Part shown: piece after piece, positions 37,820 through 46,444 of the stretch
Layout: each line of letters opens with the position of its first letter
Numbering within the stretch: position 1 is the first letter of the stretch
Origin: Candidatus Woesebacteria bacterium GW2011_GWB1_33_38
GTDB lineage: Bacteria; Patescibacteriota; Microgenomatia; UBA8517
Direction of reading: 5' to 3'
DNA: 64,000 nucleotides
NCBI GenBank assembly: GCA_000990005.1
Contig: LBPF01000006.1
Span: 33,615-97,614, forward strand
Notes under the pieces: model-generated
What the model saw: the letters and a program-made list of their open reading frames with translations, nothing else
The model's database searches: none
What the model was told of the DNA's origin: nothing
Translations under genes and position numbers: made by a program

Positions 37820-38728
37820 TCAGATATTGTATCGTTTTTTCTTGATTTCGGCAATGCCTACTCCAACAATTGCAATTACTCCACCAATTATAAGTTGTGA
37901 GGTTATTTTATCGCCCAACAAGAGTAAAGCAAATACAGCTGAAATTGCAGGATGAATATAGGAGAAAAGCGCAGCTTCTGAAAGTTCAATTGTTTTTTGC
38001 GCTTTTGCATTCAAATAATATGCTAAAGTTCCAGAAACAAAAGCCATGTATACCACCCCCAGGTGGTAAGGAAATGGGGTATAGCGAATAGCGTATAGGG
38101 TTTCGGATATAGAAGAATTAAACAAAACAAAAGGCAAAGTAGTTAAAAAACCAACGACAAATGACAGGTTAATCAAGAAAAATGGCTCATGCCCCTTTTT
38201 TAACAATGTTTTAGTCAAAAGTCCCGACATTGCTCCACAAAGAAGTGATCCTAGTATTAATATATTTCCTATCAATCGGTCAGGGCCATGGTCATTTGAA
38301 GTTATAGGTTCAACTGCAATAACAAGAGAACCAAAGAAAGCAATTAATATGCCTATTTTTTCGCGTTTTGTAACATGGTCGTGTAAGAAAAAATAACCAA
38401 ACAAAATCATTAAAATTGGTCCTAAAAGAGAAAGTAAGCTCATGTCAAGAAGTGTTGTTTTGTCTGTTCCCAAAAAGAGAAGTCCAAGTGTGGCTGTAGA
38501 ATTTAAGAAACCATAAAGTAGAAGTAACCAAAAATTCTTTTTAAGGTTATATAGTTTGGGAAGTAAAAAGGGTAGTGCAAAGATTGAAGCTATTAAAAAT
38601 CTATAAGTTATAAATAAAAGTGGGGGAATACCGTTTAGGGTTAATTTAATAACAGGACCTGCAATTCCCCAAATTAGGGCAACTCCAAGGAGCATCAAAT
38701 AGGCCTTTACTCTAGGAGTAATTTGCAT
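37820..38728 (-). CDS. DMT-superfamily (EamA) transporter
   Basis: Ten predicted transmembrane segments, duplicated EamA halves. Confidence 0.7.
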   Translation of the reverse strand: MQITPRVKAYLMLLGVALIWGIAGPVIKLTLNGIPPLLFITYRFLIASIFALPFLLPKLYNLKKNFWLLLLYGFLNSTATLGLLFLGTDKTTLLDMSLLSLLGPILMILFGYFFLHDHVTKREKIGILIAFFGSLVIAVEPITSNDHGPDRLIGNILILGSLLCGAMSGLLTKTLLKKGHEPFFLINLSFVVGFLTTLPFVLFNSSISETLYAIRYTPFPYHLGVVYMAFVSGTLAYYLNAKAQKTIELSEAALFSYIHPAISAVFALLLLGDKITSQLIIGGVIAIVGVGIAEIKKKRYNI

Positions 38729-38875
38729 ACTTCATCAATTGTAACTTTCTTTTGTTCTTTTGTCTGCAAGTTTTTTAGAGTAACAATTTTATTTTCTACC
38801 TCGTTTTGACCAATAATAATTACGTACGGAATACCTTTTTTATCTGCATATTTTAGTTGTTTATCAAGCTTAGTG
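38707..38875 (-). other. hisS: HisRS anticodon-binding domain coding segment in a shifted frame (no start codon)
   Basis: Manual translation: …[56 protein letters not shown]…. Confidence 0.6.
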
Positions 38876-38881
38876 TTAGGA

Positions 38882-39853
38882 TCAGGGTAAATTTCCGAGT
38901 TTATTTACTAAAACTTTAGTATTAACTTTATCTACCTTGATTAATCCTAATTCATCGGCTGCCTCAACGGTTCTATCAAAACCAAAAGCAATTCCTGTTG
39001 CTGGCATATCAAGGCCTGTTAATCTTTTCATCATCCCGTCGTAGCGTTCACCACCACCAACAGAACCTACTTTGTAATCCTCGATGACGATTTCCCATAT
39101 TGGACCTTCCGAATATGAAAATGATCTGGCAAGGGTAGGTTCGAAACGATAAAACTCACGACTAAAACCTGACTTCTCTAAATATGCAATAATTATTTTT
39201 ATAGTTTCATCTGGTTTTATTTGAGAGACAAATTTTAAGTATTCCTTAGCTTTTGAATTAGAAATTCCTTTTTTGATCATGTCTGTTATTACCCCTTCTG
39301 GACCTATCTTTTTCAACTTATCTATGGCAACTATTGCTTCGTAGGAGACACCTTTCATAAGATCACGATTATTAAATATGATTACAGGTTTTTTAAAACC
39401 TATGGAAAGATAAGTATCAATATTTTCTGCAATAACTTCTGCGTCAGCAGTAGGGCCAGCAACACCAAAAATATCAAGATCAAATTGTGTGAACTCTCTA
39501 TATCTTCCCTTTTGAGTATTTTCTGCTCTAAATACAGATTGAAATTGATAACGTTTGAAAGGAAAAACCAAACTGTTTTGATTGTTTGCAACAAACCTGC
39601 ATGTTGGAACTGTTTGATCATAACGAAGCATTACTTCACGATCTCCCAGATCCTTGAACTTATAAAACATTTTTTCATCTTCACCAACTTCACCTTTGAA
39701 TAGTGAATATGACTCAAGTGTTGGAGTTTCAATTGGTTCATAACCCCACCTTTCTGCGGTTTTGATCATAATATCTTTAACCCAGTTTCGTTTATAAACT
39801 TCACTGGGCAAAAAGTCCCTAAATCCTTTTAATGTTTGTATTTTACTTGACAT
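38882..39853 (-). CDS. hisS: Histidine--tRNA ligase, catalytic domain ORF; the anticodon-binding domain continues in another frame
   Basis: GFRDFLP, RYDQTVP and GGGERYDG class II motifs; the ORF stops at 38882 while the C-terminal domain is encoded in the +1 frame downstream. Confidence 0.75.
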   Translation of the reverse strand: MSSKIQTLKGFRDFLPSEVYKRNWVKDIMIKTAERWGYEPIETPTLESYSLFKGEVGEDEKMFYKFKDLGDREVMLRYDQTVPTCRFVANNQNSLVFPFKRYQFQSVFRAENTQKGRYREFTQFDLDIFGVAGPTADAEVIAENIDTYLSIGFKKPVIIFNNRDLMKGVSYEAIVAIDKLKKIGPEGVITDMIKKGISNSKAKEYLKFVSQIKPDETIKIIIAYLEKSGFSREFYRFEPTLARSFSYSEGPIWEIVIEDYKVGSVGGGERYDGMMKRLTGLDMPATGIAFGFDRTVEAADELGLIKVDKVNTKVLVNKLGNLP

Positions 39854-39884
39854 ATATCTATTTCTATATTATTATATCAATAAC

Positions 39885-40511
39885 CTACCTCGTTCGGTTA
39901 CGAACGAGGATTTTTTTGACTATTTCCAGATTTAAATCTTTTAACTTAGCTTTTGCTTTATAACTTTTGAAAAACGTTTCTTTATAATCAATAATTTTAG
40001 CGAAATTTGATTGATATGCAATTGCAATTGAAAATCTATTAGGTATAAAAATAGAATAAACTTTATATTTTAATTTTCTAACAATCTCAACTGAATACGC
40101 GAAATCAGCATCTCCTGAGACAATAATCGCAGTTTTAAATTTCTTTTGAAAAGCGTCTTTTGTTAGATCAACTGCTAAATGTACATCTACACCCTTTTCT
40201 TTTCCTGAAGTTGGTGATCTGTAGCCTTTGTAAAACACTAAATTGGGAGTTTTTAACACATCGTTAAAAAAGACCAATTCTTCTTTAATTTGTCTTTTTA
40301 TTTTCAAAACCTTTAAATTCTTAGCTGTTGATGGTGTATATGAAGCATAAAAATATATTTTGTCAAATTTATAAAGTTCTCTGAAATCACTTACGATCGA
40401 TTTAAAACTGGGTACTTTATCAAATCCAAAAATATCAATCAGCCCAGCAAGTAGATTTGTTCCGTCAATATATAAAAATGTTTTTTTATTATTTTTTCTT
40501 TTTGTAGACAT
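39885..40511 (-). CDS. NYN-domain (LabA-like) predicted RNase
   Basis: KKTFLYIDGTNL N-terminus and GKEKGVDVHLAVDL…AIIVSGDADF acidic motifs. Confidence 0.7.
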   Translation of the reverse strand: MSTKRKNNKKTFLYIDGTNLLAGLIDIFGFDKVPSFKSIVSDFRELYKFDKIYFYASYTPSTAKNLKVLKIKRQIKEELVFFNDVLKTPNLVFYKGYRSPTSGKEKGVDVHLAVDLTKDAFQKKFKTAIIVSGDADFAYSVEIVRKLKYKVYSIFIPNRFSIAIAYQSNFAKIIDYKETFFKSYKAKAKLKDLNLEIVKKILVRNRTR

Positions 40512-40529
40512 GGATTTATATTATCATCT

Positions 40530-41837
40530 TTAAGTTCCTTTTTGAACGAGTTTACGATTCCAATTTTCGGCAGCCTTTAAAATATATAAAACTGGTGGAA
40601 AGTTTTCTCTTGAACTTTTGCCTATTGTATAGTTTACATCTCTTTCTCGACGTTCTGTACTAATAAGAATTGTATTTTGATCTAATGTTCCCAAAATTAC
40701 CCCTTGAGCAGCATTACATGCCCAAATACTTCTTGTTAACTCAAGTGTCTTTTGCCTGATTTCATTTTCGGCAAATATCTTTCGTTTGGTTTGACTTTCA
40801 AATCGTCTTTCAACATCATCCTCAAATTTTTGATACCACTCTCTTGCAAAATCGTAATCTTTAAAGTTTTTAACTTTTTCTAAAATTTCCAATTTTACTT
40901 TTTGATAAACAGGATTTTCATTTGTAAGTTCCGAAATTGGTTTAATTACTATCCCTCGTGAATTTTGTAGATATTGCTTTACATTCACAATGTAATCTTT
41001 TATGTTTTGAAGATTTTTTAAATTAACTGGTCCAAATTCTCCAATTTCTGAATAATCTGTATCAGCAATATAAATTGTTAAGTTAGATTGAATCCCGTAA
41101 TATTCAAAAAAATTGGGAATAAGTAACATCTCATCAATGATAAGTGGTATGGCCTCAAGTTTTGGATTGTCAAGATAAGCATTCAGGTTCGGATTTGAAG
41201 TGTATCCACCTTTGTAATCAAATTCGTTTATAAGACAAAGCACCGTTATTAAGTTGATTTTTCCACCTTCTAATCCATTAAAAATAATTTGTTCAAATCT
41301 ATTCGAGCCCCAAATATTGTCTGTTTTTATTCTATTAATTTCATATTGAATTGAGGTTAATGTTAGTCCTTTTTCTTCATCTCCCATATCCTCGATGTAT
41401 TTAAGAAGCGATCTTTTTAGCTGACTTATCCTTTGGTTATATAAAGTGGTGTTTAAATATTTTTCAATATCTTGATCTGTAATTTTATTTTCTATATCTT
41501 TTTTAATAACTTTTTCTGCATCAGGCAAACTTAGATCAAGTTTGTCGGCAGTTTGACAAACCAATCTATTAAAATTATCTCCGTATGAATCGTTTGAGGG
41601 CGTTTGTTTTAGGTAATTAATTTTGGAATCCAAAGCTTCCCTTTTGAGTCTTTCGTATTCGTTGTCGTTAGTATTGATCCATTTTAGAATTCTTTTTGTT
41701 TCGAACTTTAAATTATCTAAAATCCATTTTTCACCTTCGTTAAGATTCTTTTTTGGTTTGCTTAGGCTCTTTGAAAATTCCGGAATTGAGGAATCTTCGA
41801 GAACCAAAAATGGTCCAAGTATTTTATGTAGTTCCAA
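40530..41837 (-). CDS. Hypothetical 435-aa protein (no recognisable domain); the only start is TTG with an in-frame stop immediately upstream
   Basis: ORF only; probably continuous with the upstream 103-aa ORF through a frameshift. Confidence 0.45.
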   Translation of the reverse strand: MELHKILGPFLVLEDSSIPEFSKSLSKPKKNLNEGEKWILDNLKFETKRILKWINTNDNEYERLKREALDSKINYLKQTPSNDSYGDNFNRLVCQTADKLDLSLPDAEKVIKKDIENKITDQDIEKYLNTTLYNQRISQLKRSLLKYIEDMGDEEKGLTLTSIQYEINRIKTDNIWGSNRFEQIIFNGLEGGKINLITVLCLINEFDYKGGYTSNPNLNAYLDNPKLEAIPLIIDEMLLIPNFFEYYGIQSNLTIYIADTDYSEIGEFGPVNLKNLQNIKDYIVNVKQYLQNSRGIVIKPISELTNENPVYQKVKLEILEKVKNFKDYDFAREWYQKFEDDVERRFESQTKRKIFAENEIRQKTLELTRSIWACNAAQGVILGTLDQNTILISTERRERDVNYTIGKSSRENFPPVLYILKAAENWNRKLVQKGT

Positions 41838-42073
41838 CTTTCAGCCCGACTTCTTATTTTTTCAATAATCTGTTTTGCAACTACAGACTTATTTTGATTT
41901 AAACGCAGAATTGTTGAATCTACTTCTAACTGAATATCTGATTTAATTGACTCTGCTAGTGATACAATTTGATTTGACCACGGAAAAAGCTGACGATCTA
42001 AAAATCGTCCAAATAACAGTTCAATATTTATGTTTTTGTTATCTTTTATTCTTTCCATTTTTATAAATTTCAT
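41762..42073 (-). CDS. Hypothetical 103-aa ORF, probably the N-terminal part of the downstream 435-aa gene
   Basis: The listed ORF 41762..42118 is trimmed to MKFIK… because its first 15 codons overlap tRNA-His; 76-nt same-strand overlap with the next ORF. Confidence 0.35.
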   Translation of the reverse strand: MKFIKMERIKDNKNINIELLFGRFLDRQLFPWSNQIVSLAESIKSDIQLEVDSTILRLNQNKSVVAKQIIEKIRSRAESWNYIKYLDHFWFSKIPQFRNFQRA

Positions 42074-42074
42074 T

Positions 42075-42150
42075 TGGGGTGGGGGAGGGGGAATGATCCC
42101 CTGATTTCGGCTCCACAAGCCGACGTGTTTCCGACTACACTACCTCCACC
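42075..42150 (-). tRNA. tRNA-His (anticodon GTG) with encoded G-1 and 3' CCA
   Basis: The reverse complement is G-GTGGAGG-TA-GTGT-AGTCGGAA-ACAC-G-TCGGC-TTGTGGA-GCCGA-AATC-AGGGG-ATCATTC-CCCCT-CCCCCAC-C-CCA; G-1 pairs with C73 as in bacterial tRNA-His. Confidence 0.7.
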
Positions 42151-42192
42151 AAACAAAAAGTCCCGTTTGTCAAAACAAACGAGATGTTCTAT

Positions 42193-42220
42193 AAAAACAA
42201 AAAGACCGCTAACCGCGGTC
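42193..42220 (-). terminator. Rho-independent terminator (GACCGC-GGTTA-GCGGTC followed by TTTTTGTTTTT)
   Basis: Perfect 6-bp GC-rich stem plus a U-tract on the minus strand. Confidence 0.6.
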
Positions 42221-42352
42221 AAAATATTTTTTATTTCCATCTCTACTTTGCGGTGACAATGGTTGACTAATTTTTACAGTTTGTCTTCTGTCTAGCATTT
42301 TGGCTAGCTCCTCCCGAATCGTGACTTCGGTAAAACGGATTTGTTAAAATGT
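42209..42352 (-). ncRNA. Candidate small structured RNA (about 160 nt from promoter to terminator), possibly encoding a 29-aa peptide (42209..42298)
   Basis: Bounded by a consensus promoter and a terminator; internal hairpins (CCGAA-GTCACGA-TTCGG; GACAA…TTGTC); a GGGAGGAG motif 11 nt upstream of an ATG. Confidence 0.4.
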
Positions 42353-42359
42353 ATTTTGT

Positions 42360-42387
42360 ATTATATCAAGAAATTCAGCCCTGTCAA
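42360..42387 (-). promoter_or_regulatory. Consensus sigma-70 promoter (TTGACA-16 nt-TATAAT)
   Basis: Both hexamers are perfect on the minus strand. Confidence 0.6.
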
Positions 42388-42401
42388 ATTTAGCTTCTGT
42401 T

Positions 42402-42426
42402 AAGGTCTGACCTTACAAGGTCGGGG
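42402..42426. repeat. Palindrome element copy 3 of 3 (AAGGTCTGACCTT-ACA-AGGTCGGGG)
   Basis: Overlaps the stop of minus-strand gene 42413..43237 and sits 15 nt upstream of the -35 of the small-RNA promoter. Confidence 0.7.
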
Positions 42427-43237
42427 CAAAGATACTTCGTAAAGAAAAAATGTCATTTTCTGCTTTTCCTGTAACAATTATTTCTTGTCCAATTTCCAAA
42501 TCTTTAACATTTGGGCCAATCCACTTTTTAGGTAGTATTATATCGTTTATTTTTGTTTTTGATATAGTTTCAATTACAATTTTCTTGGCTTCAAATTTGT
42601 TTTCTTCCATTGGAGAAGTTATTAAAATTCGTTTGGTTTTCAAAACTTTGTTTCCATTAATAAATCCCATTGCTACTATGTAATCTCCAATTGCCAAATC
42701 TGTTGATTTGACTTCCACATTTTTTTTCAAAATGTTTATATATTTTGTATCTTTTTCTGTTGAAGCCTGCTTAATCTCACCTTGAGGATCTTTAATTTGA
42801 ATTGTTTCAGCTGTTATATCTGTAACCGTCCCAACATATGAGGTAGCACCTTTTTCTGGAAACTCAGATGAAAATACTAAGTTTATTTTTGTATTATTAA
42901 TTTTAACTTCACTTAAACCTGATGGAAAAGTAACAGTAATTTCAAAAGAACCATCTTCTTTTGCTTTGCTTAAAAAATCTTTTTCTTCAGTTATTACTAA
43001 AACATTTGAATTGGGATTGGTTAATCCCGTGAGTGTGTATTCTTCATCTATTATTACATCAAAATTGGTTAGTTTATCTAAGGATACAAATAGATTTGTT
43101 TTTAGTACAGGAGTGGGTCTGGAAGTTAAAATAGGTACATCTCTTTTTATATTTTTAATAAGTCTCCAGCTTCCAAAAGCAAAAATTAGACCAATTGAAA
43201 TACCTGCAAATATGGCAAGAATTGTTTCTTTTCTCAT
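42413..43237 (-). CDS. Hypothetical membrane-anchored protein (N-terminal transmembrane segment, beta-rich ectodomain)
   Basis: ORF only. Confidence 0.45.
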   Translation of the reverse strand: MRKETILAIFAGISIGLIFAFGSWRLIKNIKRDVPILTSRPTPVLKTNLFVSLDKLTNFDVIIDEEYTLTGLTNPNSNVLVITEEKDFLSKAKEDGSFEITVTFPSGLSEVKINNTKINLVFSSEFPEKGATSYVGTVTDITAETIQIKDPQGEIKQASTEKDTKYINILKKNVEVKSTDLAIGDYIVAMGFINGNKVLKTKRILITSPMEENKFEAKKIVIETISKTKINDIILPKKWIGPNVKDLEIGQEIIVTGKAENDIFSLRSIFAPTL

Positions 43238-43316
43238 GCGTTTGCTAATATACGGTTAAAAGTGCCCCCTTGTCAACATTTCAGTTTTAAGATATAAAGT
43301 AAAGAGCAGATAAAGT

Positions 43317-43808
43317 ATGGAGATAACAATTAAAAATAACGAATTTAGAGTTAAGGGAAAGACTGGAGTTTTGTACTCTAAACCAAATGGTGTGTTGATA
43401 GAAACACCAGATGGTATAGCCTCAAAAGAGCTTCTGGGGGCAGGGGAATATGAAGTTTCTGGAATTTCTGTAATTGGAATACAAGCTGAAGAAAAAGAAA
43501 TAATTTTTGTATATGAAGTTGATGGACTTAGAATTTGTAACTTAAACAATCTAACTAAAAAACTTACTGATTCAAAAGTTTCAGCAGTTGGAGATGTTGA
43601 TATTTTACTTCTTCCTGTTGGAGCAAGTTCAATTGAAATGATGCAGCAATTAGAAAGTTATTATGTAATTCCATTTGGACAAAAATCAGAGGAGGAACTG
43701 GAAAAGTTCTTGAAAGAAAGTGGCTTAGTCACACAAAGAATATCTAAATTTGTCCTTAAAAAAGAGGAAATAATAGAGGATCAAACCACTGAAATAATAG
43801 TTATTTAA
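43317..43808 (+). CDS. Hypothetical protein
   Basis: ORF only. Confidence 0.4.
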   Translation: MEITIKNNEFRVKGKTGVLYSKPNGVLIETPDGIASKELLGAGEYEVSGISVIGIQAEEKEIIFVYEVDGLRICNLNNLTKKLTDSKVSAVGDVDILLLPVGASSIEMMQQLESYYVIPFGQKSEEELEKFLKESGLVTQRISKFVLKKEEIIEDQTTEIIVI

Positions 43809-43827
43809 ACTGCCCCGAGTTTAAATT

Positions 43828-45150
43828 ATGGCTGATAATAATCAAATTAGAGTACCACCGCATAGTATTGAAGCTGAACAAAGTGTCTTGGGGGCACTAC
43901 TCCTTGATAAAGATGCAGTTATTGCTGTTGCTGAATTTTTACTTGCAGAGGACTTCTATGATGAACGTCATAATGAAATATATGAAGCCATTTTAACTCT
44001 TTATGAAGAAAGATCACCTGTTGACGTTTTAACAGTTGCAGAAAAGTTAAAGAAAAACAAAAATTTAAAAAAAATAGGGGGAGCATCATACTTAACTAAT
44101 ATTGTCAATAAAGTTCCAACTGCAGCTCACGTTGAACATTACGGGAAGATTGTCAAGGATTTGGCCGTAAAAAGAGCTTTAATGAAAGCTGCTTCAAGAC
44201 TTGTAGACTTTTCAACCGATGAAGGTATTTCTTCTGCTGAACTATTAGATAAAGCAGAAGCTGAAGTTTTTTCCTTAACCCAAAAACATTTAACTAAAGC
44301 TTTTACATCAGTCAGGGATACTTTGGCTGAAAGTTTTGATAGATTAGATGAACTTCATAAACAAGGTGAAGGTTTAAGAGGAATTTCAACGGGATTTGAA
44401 AGTTTGGATAATGCACTGGCCGGATTACAAAAAAGTAATTTAATAATACTTGCGGCGCGCCCTGGTATTGGTAAAACCTCTTTTGCATTAGGAATTGCTC
44501 AAAATGCAGCCGTCAAAAATAAAAAAAATGTTGGCTTTTTCTCTCTTGAAATGAGCAAGGAAGAGCTTGTCGATAGACTTCTTGTTGCCCAAGCAGATAT
44601 TGATGCCTGGAGGTTAAAAACAGGTAAGTTAACCGAGGATGACTTTACTAAACTTTCAAATGCCATGGGAGTTTTGGCAGAAGCTTCTCTTTATATTGAT
44701 GATACACCAGCTCTTTCAATACTTGAAATGAGAACAAAAGCAAGAAGGCTCCAAGTAGAACATGGTTTGGATTTAATAGTTGTTGATTATTTACAACTTG
44801 CAAGAAGTAGAAACTTGGAAAATAGGGTACAAGAGGTAAGTGAAATTTCTCAAGGACTTAAAAATCTCGCCCGTGAACTTAAAGTTCCTGTAATTGGTAT
44901 ATCTCAACTGTCACGCGGAGTTGAACAAAGGGGGACAAGAAAGCCCCAACTTTCGGACCTTCGTGAGTCTGGATCAATTGAACAAGATGCTGACGTTGTA
45001 ATGTTTTTATGGCGTGAAAATGAGGATGATTTTGAAAATATAATGCTTGATATTGCCAAACACAGAAACGGACCCCTTGCTTCAGTTCCATTATTCTTCA
45101 AGGGAGATAGAATCAAGTTTTTCCCGAGAGATACAAAACATACAAAATAG
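43828..45150 (+). CDS. dnaB: Replicative DNA helicase DnaB
   Basis: Walker A GIGKTS, FFSLEMS, RecA-like C-terminal domain. Confidence 0.9.
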   Translation: MADNNQIRVPPHSIEAEQSVLGALLLDKDAVIAVAEFLLAEDFYDERHNEIYEAILTLYEERSPVDVLTVAEKLKKNKNLKKIGGASYLTNIVNKVPTAAHVEHYGKIVKDLAVKRALMKAASRLVDFSTDEGISSAELLDKAEAEVFSLTQKHLTKAFTSVRDTLAESFDRLDELHKQGEGLRGISTGFESLDNALAGLQKSNLIILAARPGIGKTSFALGIAQNAAVKNKKNVGFFSLEMSKEELVDRLLVAQADIDAWRLKTGKLTEDDFTKLSNAMGVLAEASLYIDDTPALSILEMRTKARRLQVEHGLDLIVVDYLQLARSRNLENRVQEVSEISQGLKNLARELKVPVIGISQLSRGVEQRGTRKPQLSDLRESGSIEQDADVVMFLWRENEDDFENIMLDIAKHRNGPLASVPLFFKGDRIKFFPRDTKHTK

Positions 45151-45160
45151 ATATAATAAA

Positions 45161-45370
45161 TTAGGGAACATTTGTTATCTTTGTGCCATGTCGGTTTGGA
45201 ACTTGGTATCGTTTGAGGCCTTTTCCAGCTACCGCTGGGGAAACCGTAACATCATAGGTTGCTAAATTACGTTCTTTTACTAAAATTTGAACTCTATCCC
45301 AAGCTTGATTAGGTTTATCATTAGCTTCTTCAACAATAATTGTAAACTCGTTTATTTGTTGCTCATACAT
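45161..45370 (-). CDS. Hypothetical small protein (69 aa)
   Basis: GGGAGGTGA ribosome-binding site 6 nt upstream of the ATG. Confidence 0.45.
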   Translation of the reverse strand: MYEQQINEFTIIVEEANDKPNQAWDRVQILVKERNLATYDVTVSPAVAGKGLKRYQVPNRHGTKITNVP

Positions 45371-45459
45371 AATTGTTCACCTCCCACTTCAAATAAGTAA
45401 GTTTTTGAATTATAACATGATATTTGATAATGTCAAGATTGTGGGTTATTATTTATGTA

Positions 45460-46353
45460 ATGGATAAACTTCAAATAATTGATCAATTGGCAGAAAACTA
45501 TCAACTAACAGACAATCAAAAATCAATTTTAAAATTTTTAACTAGTAGAGATTCCAACGCTGAGGAAATTTTAAAAGCAACTAGAATTTCATCAGGCAGA
45601 ATTTATAAAATTTTAAGAGAACTTGAAGAATTTGGAATTATTAATAAATCTTTTAAAAAACCCAGTATAAAACCCAGTATTTATAGTATGCAAAATTTTT
45701 CTCAAAACATTAGAAATTTTGTGGATAGAAAATTAAAGCAAAGTTTGTCTTCTCAAAGTGCCATAATTTCCAATCTGGAGATGCTTGGGGACGAGGAAAG
45801 AATAGGTATTTTAACAGGTAATAAAAAAGAATCTGATATCCATATTATAAATATGTTTGAACAAGCAAAGTGGATTAGGATTTTGCATAAAAATGTTAGT
45901 TTACCTTGGTTTTTATATGTATTTTTTGATGAAAAGAAATTTTTGCAAATTAGGGAAAGGATTGCTAAACAAAGAGTAATTGGATCTTCTCCAAATAAAT
46001 TTGACCTACTAAATAAAAGAGAGGCTTATTTAAATTTATATAACACTAAAAATGTAGATCAAGTAATGAGCAGAGATGCCTTGTTAAAATATAAAAGTTT
46101 TCTTAAGAGCGATGAAATTGAAGTTATAAAGAAAAACCTATCCAAATGTCCAAACATAAAAATTCATGTTTTAGATCATTTGATTACACCTTTTTCTGTT
46201 TATTTATCTGATAATCTAGTTTTAATGCCAGTTTTTAACAAGTCAAATGAAAGTAAAATAATTAAAATGAAGGGAAGTGAATATGTTGATATTTATAATG
46301 AATATATCTCCTCGTTTATTACCAAATCACAGGATATGGTAGATATTCTTTGA
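45460..46353 (+). CDS. Winged-helix transcriptional regulator (TrmB/MarR-like N-terminus)
   Basis: N-terminal LTDNQKSILKFL…GRIYKILRELEEFGII wHTH; the start is taken at MDKLQ. Confidence 0.5.
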   Translation: MDKLQIIDQLAENYQLTDNQKSILKFLTSRDSNAEEILKATRISSGRIYKILRELEEFGIINKSFKKPSIKPSIYSMQNFSQNIRNFVDRKLKQSLSSQSAIISNLEMLGDEERIGILTGNKKESDIHIINMFEQAKWIRILHKNVSLPWFLYVFFDEKKFLQIRERIAKQRVIGSSPNKFDLLNKREAYLNLYNTKNVDQVMSRDALLKYKSFLKSDEIEVIKKNLSKCPNIKIHVLDHLITPFSVYLSDNLVLMPVFNKSNESKIIKMKGSEYVDIYNEYISSFITKSQDMVDIL

Positions 46354-46359
46354 ATCTTG

Positions 46360-46444
46360 TGGCTGGGGAGGGAGTCGAACCCTCACGAGGTGTTATCCTC
46401 ACAGGTTTTTGAGACCTGTGCGTCTGCCATTCCGCCACCCAGCC
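46360..46444 (-). tRNA. tRNA-Leu (anticodon CAA), type II
   Basis: Reverse complement: GGCTGGG-TG-GCGGAATGGCAGACGC-A-CAGGT-CTCAAAA-ACCTG-long variable arm-GAGGG-TTCGACT-CCCTC-CCCAGCC-A. Confidence 0.8.

Noticed and set aside
37501-37854. L31 starting at 37854 ([12 protein letters not shown]…)
   Set aside because: The canonical L31 N-terminus (MKTAIHPKW) starts at 37818. The 12 extra codons would overlap the DMT transporter gene.
41838-42412. tmRNA, SRP RNA, RNase P or 6S RNA in the GC-enriched non-coding stretch
   Set aside because: The tRNA-like 3' end with CCA turned out to be a complete tRNA-His cloverleaf. There is no tag-peptide ORF with a resume codon, no GGAAGCAGCC SRP motif, and no P4 RNase P consensus. 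The remaining transcript is too short (about 160 nt) for RNase P or tmRNA.
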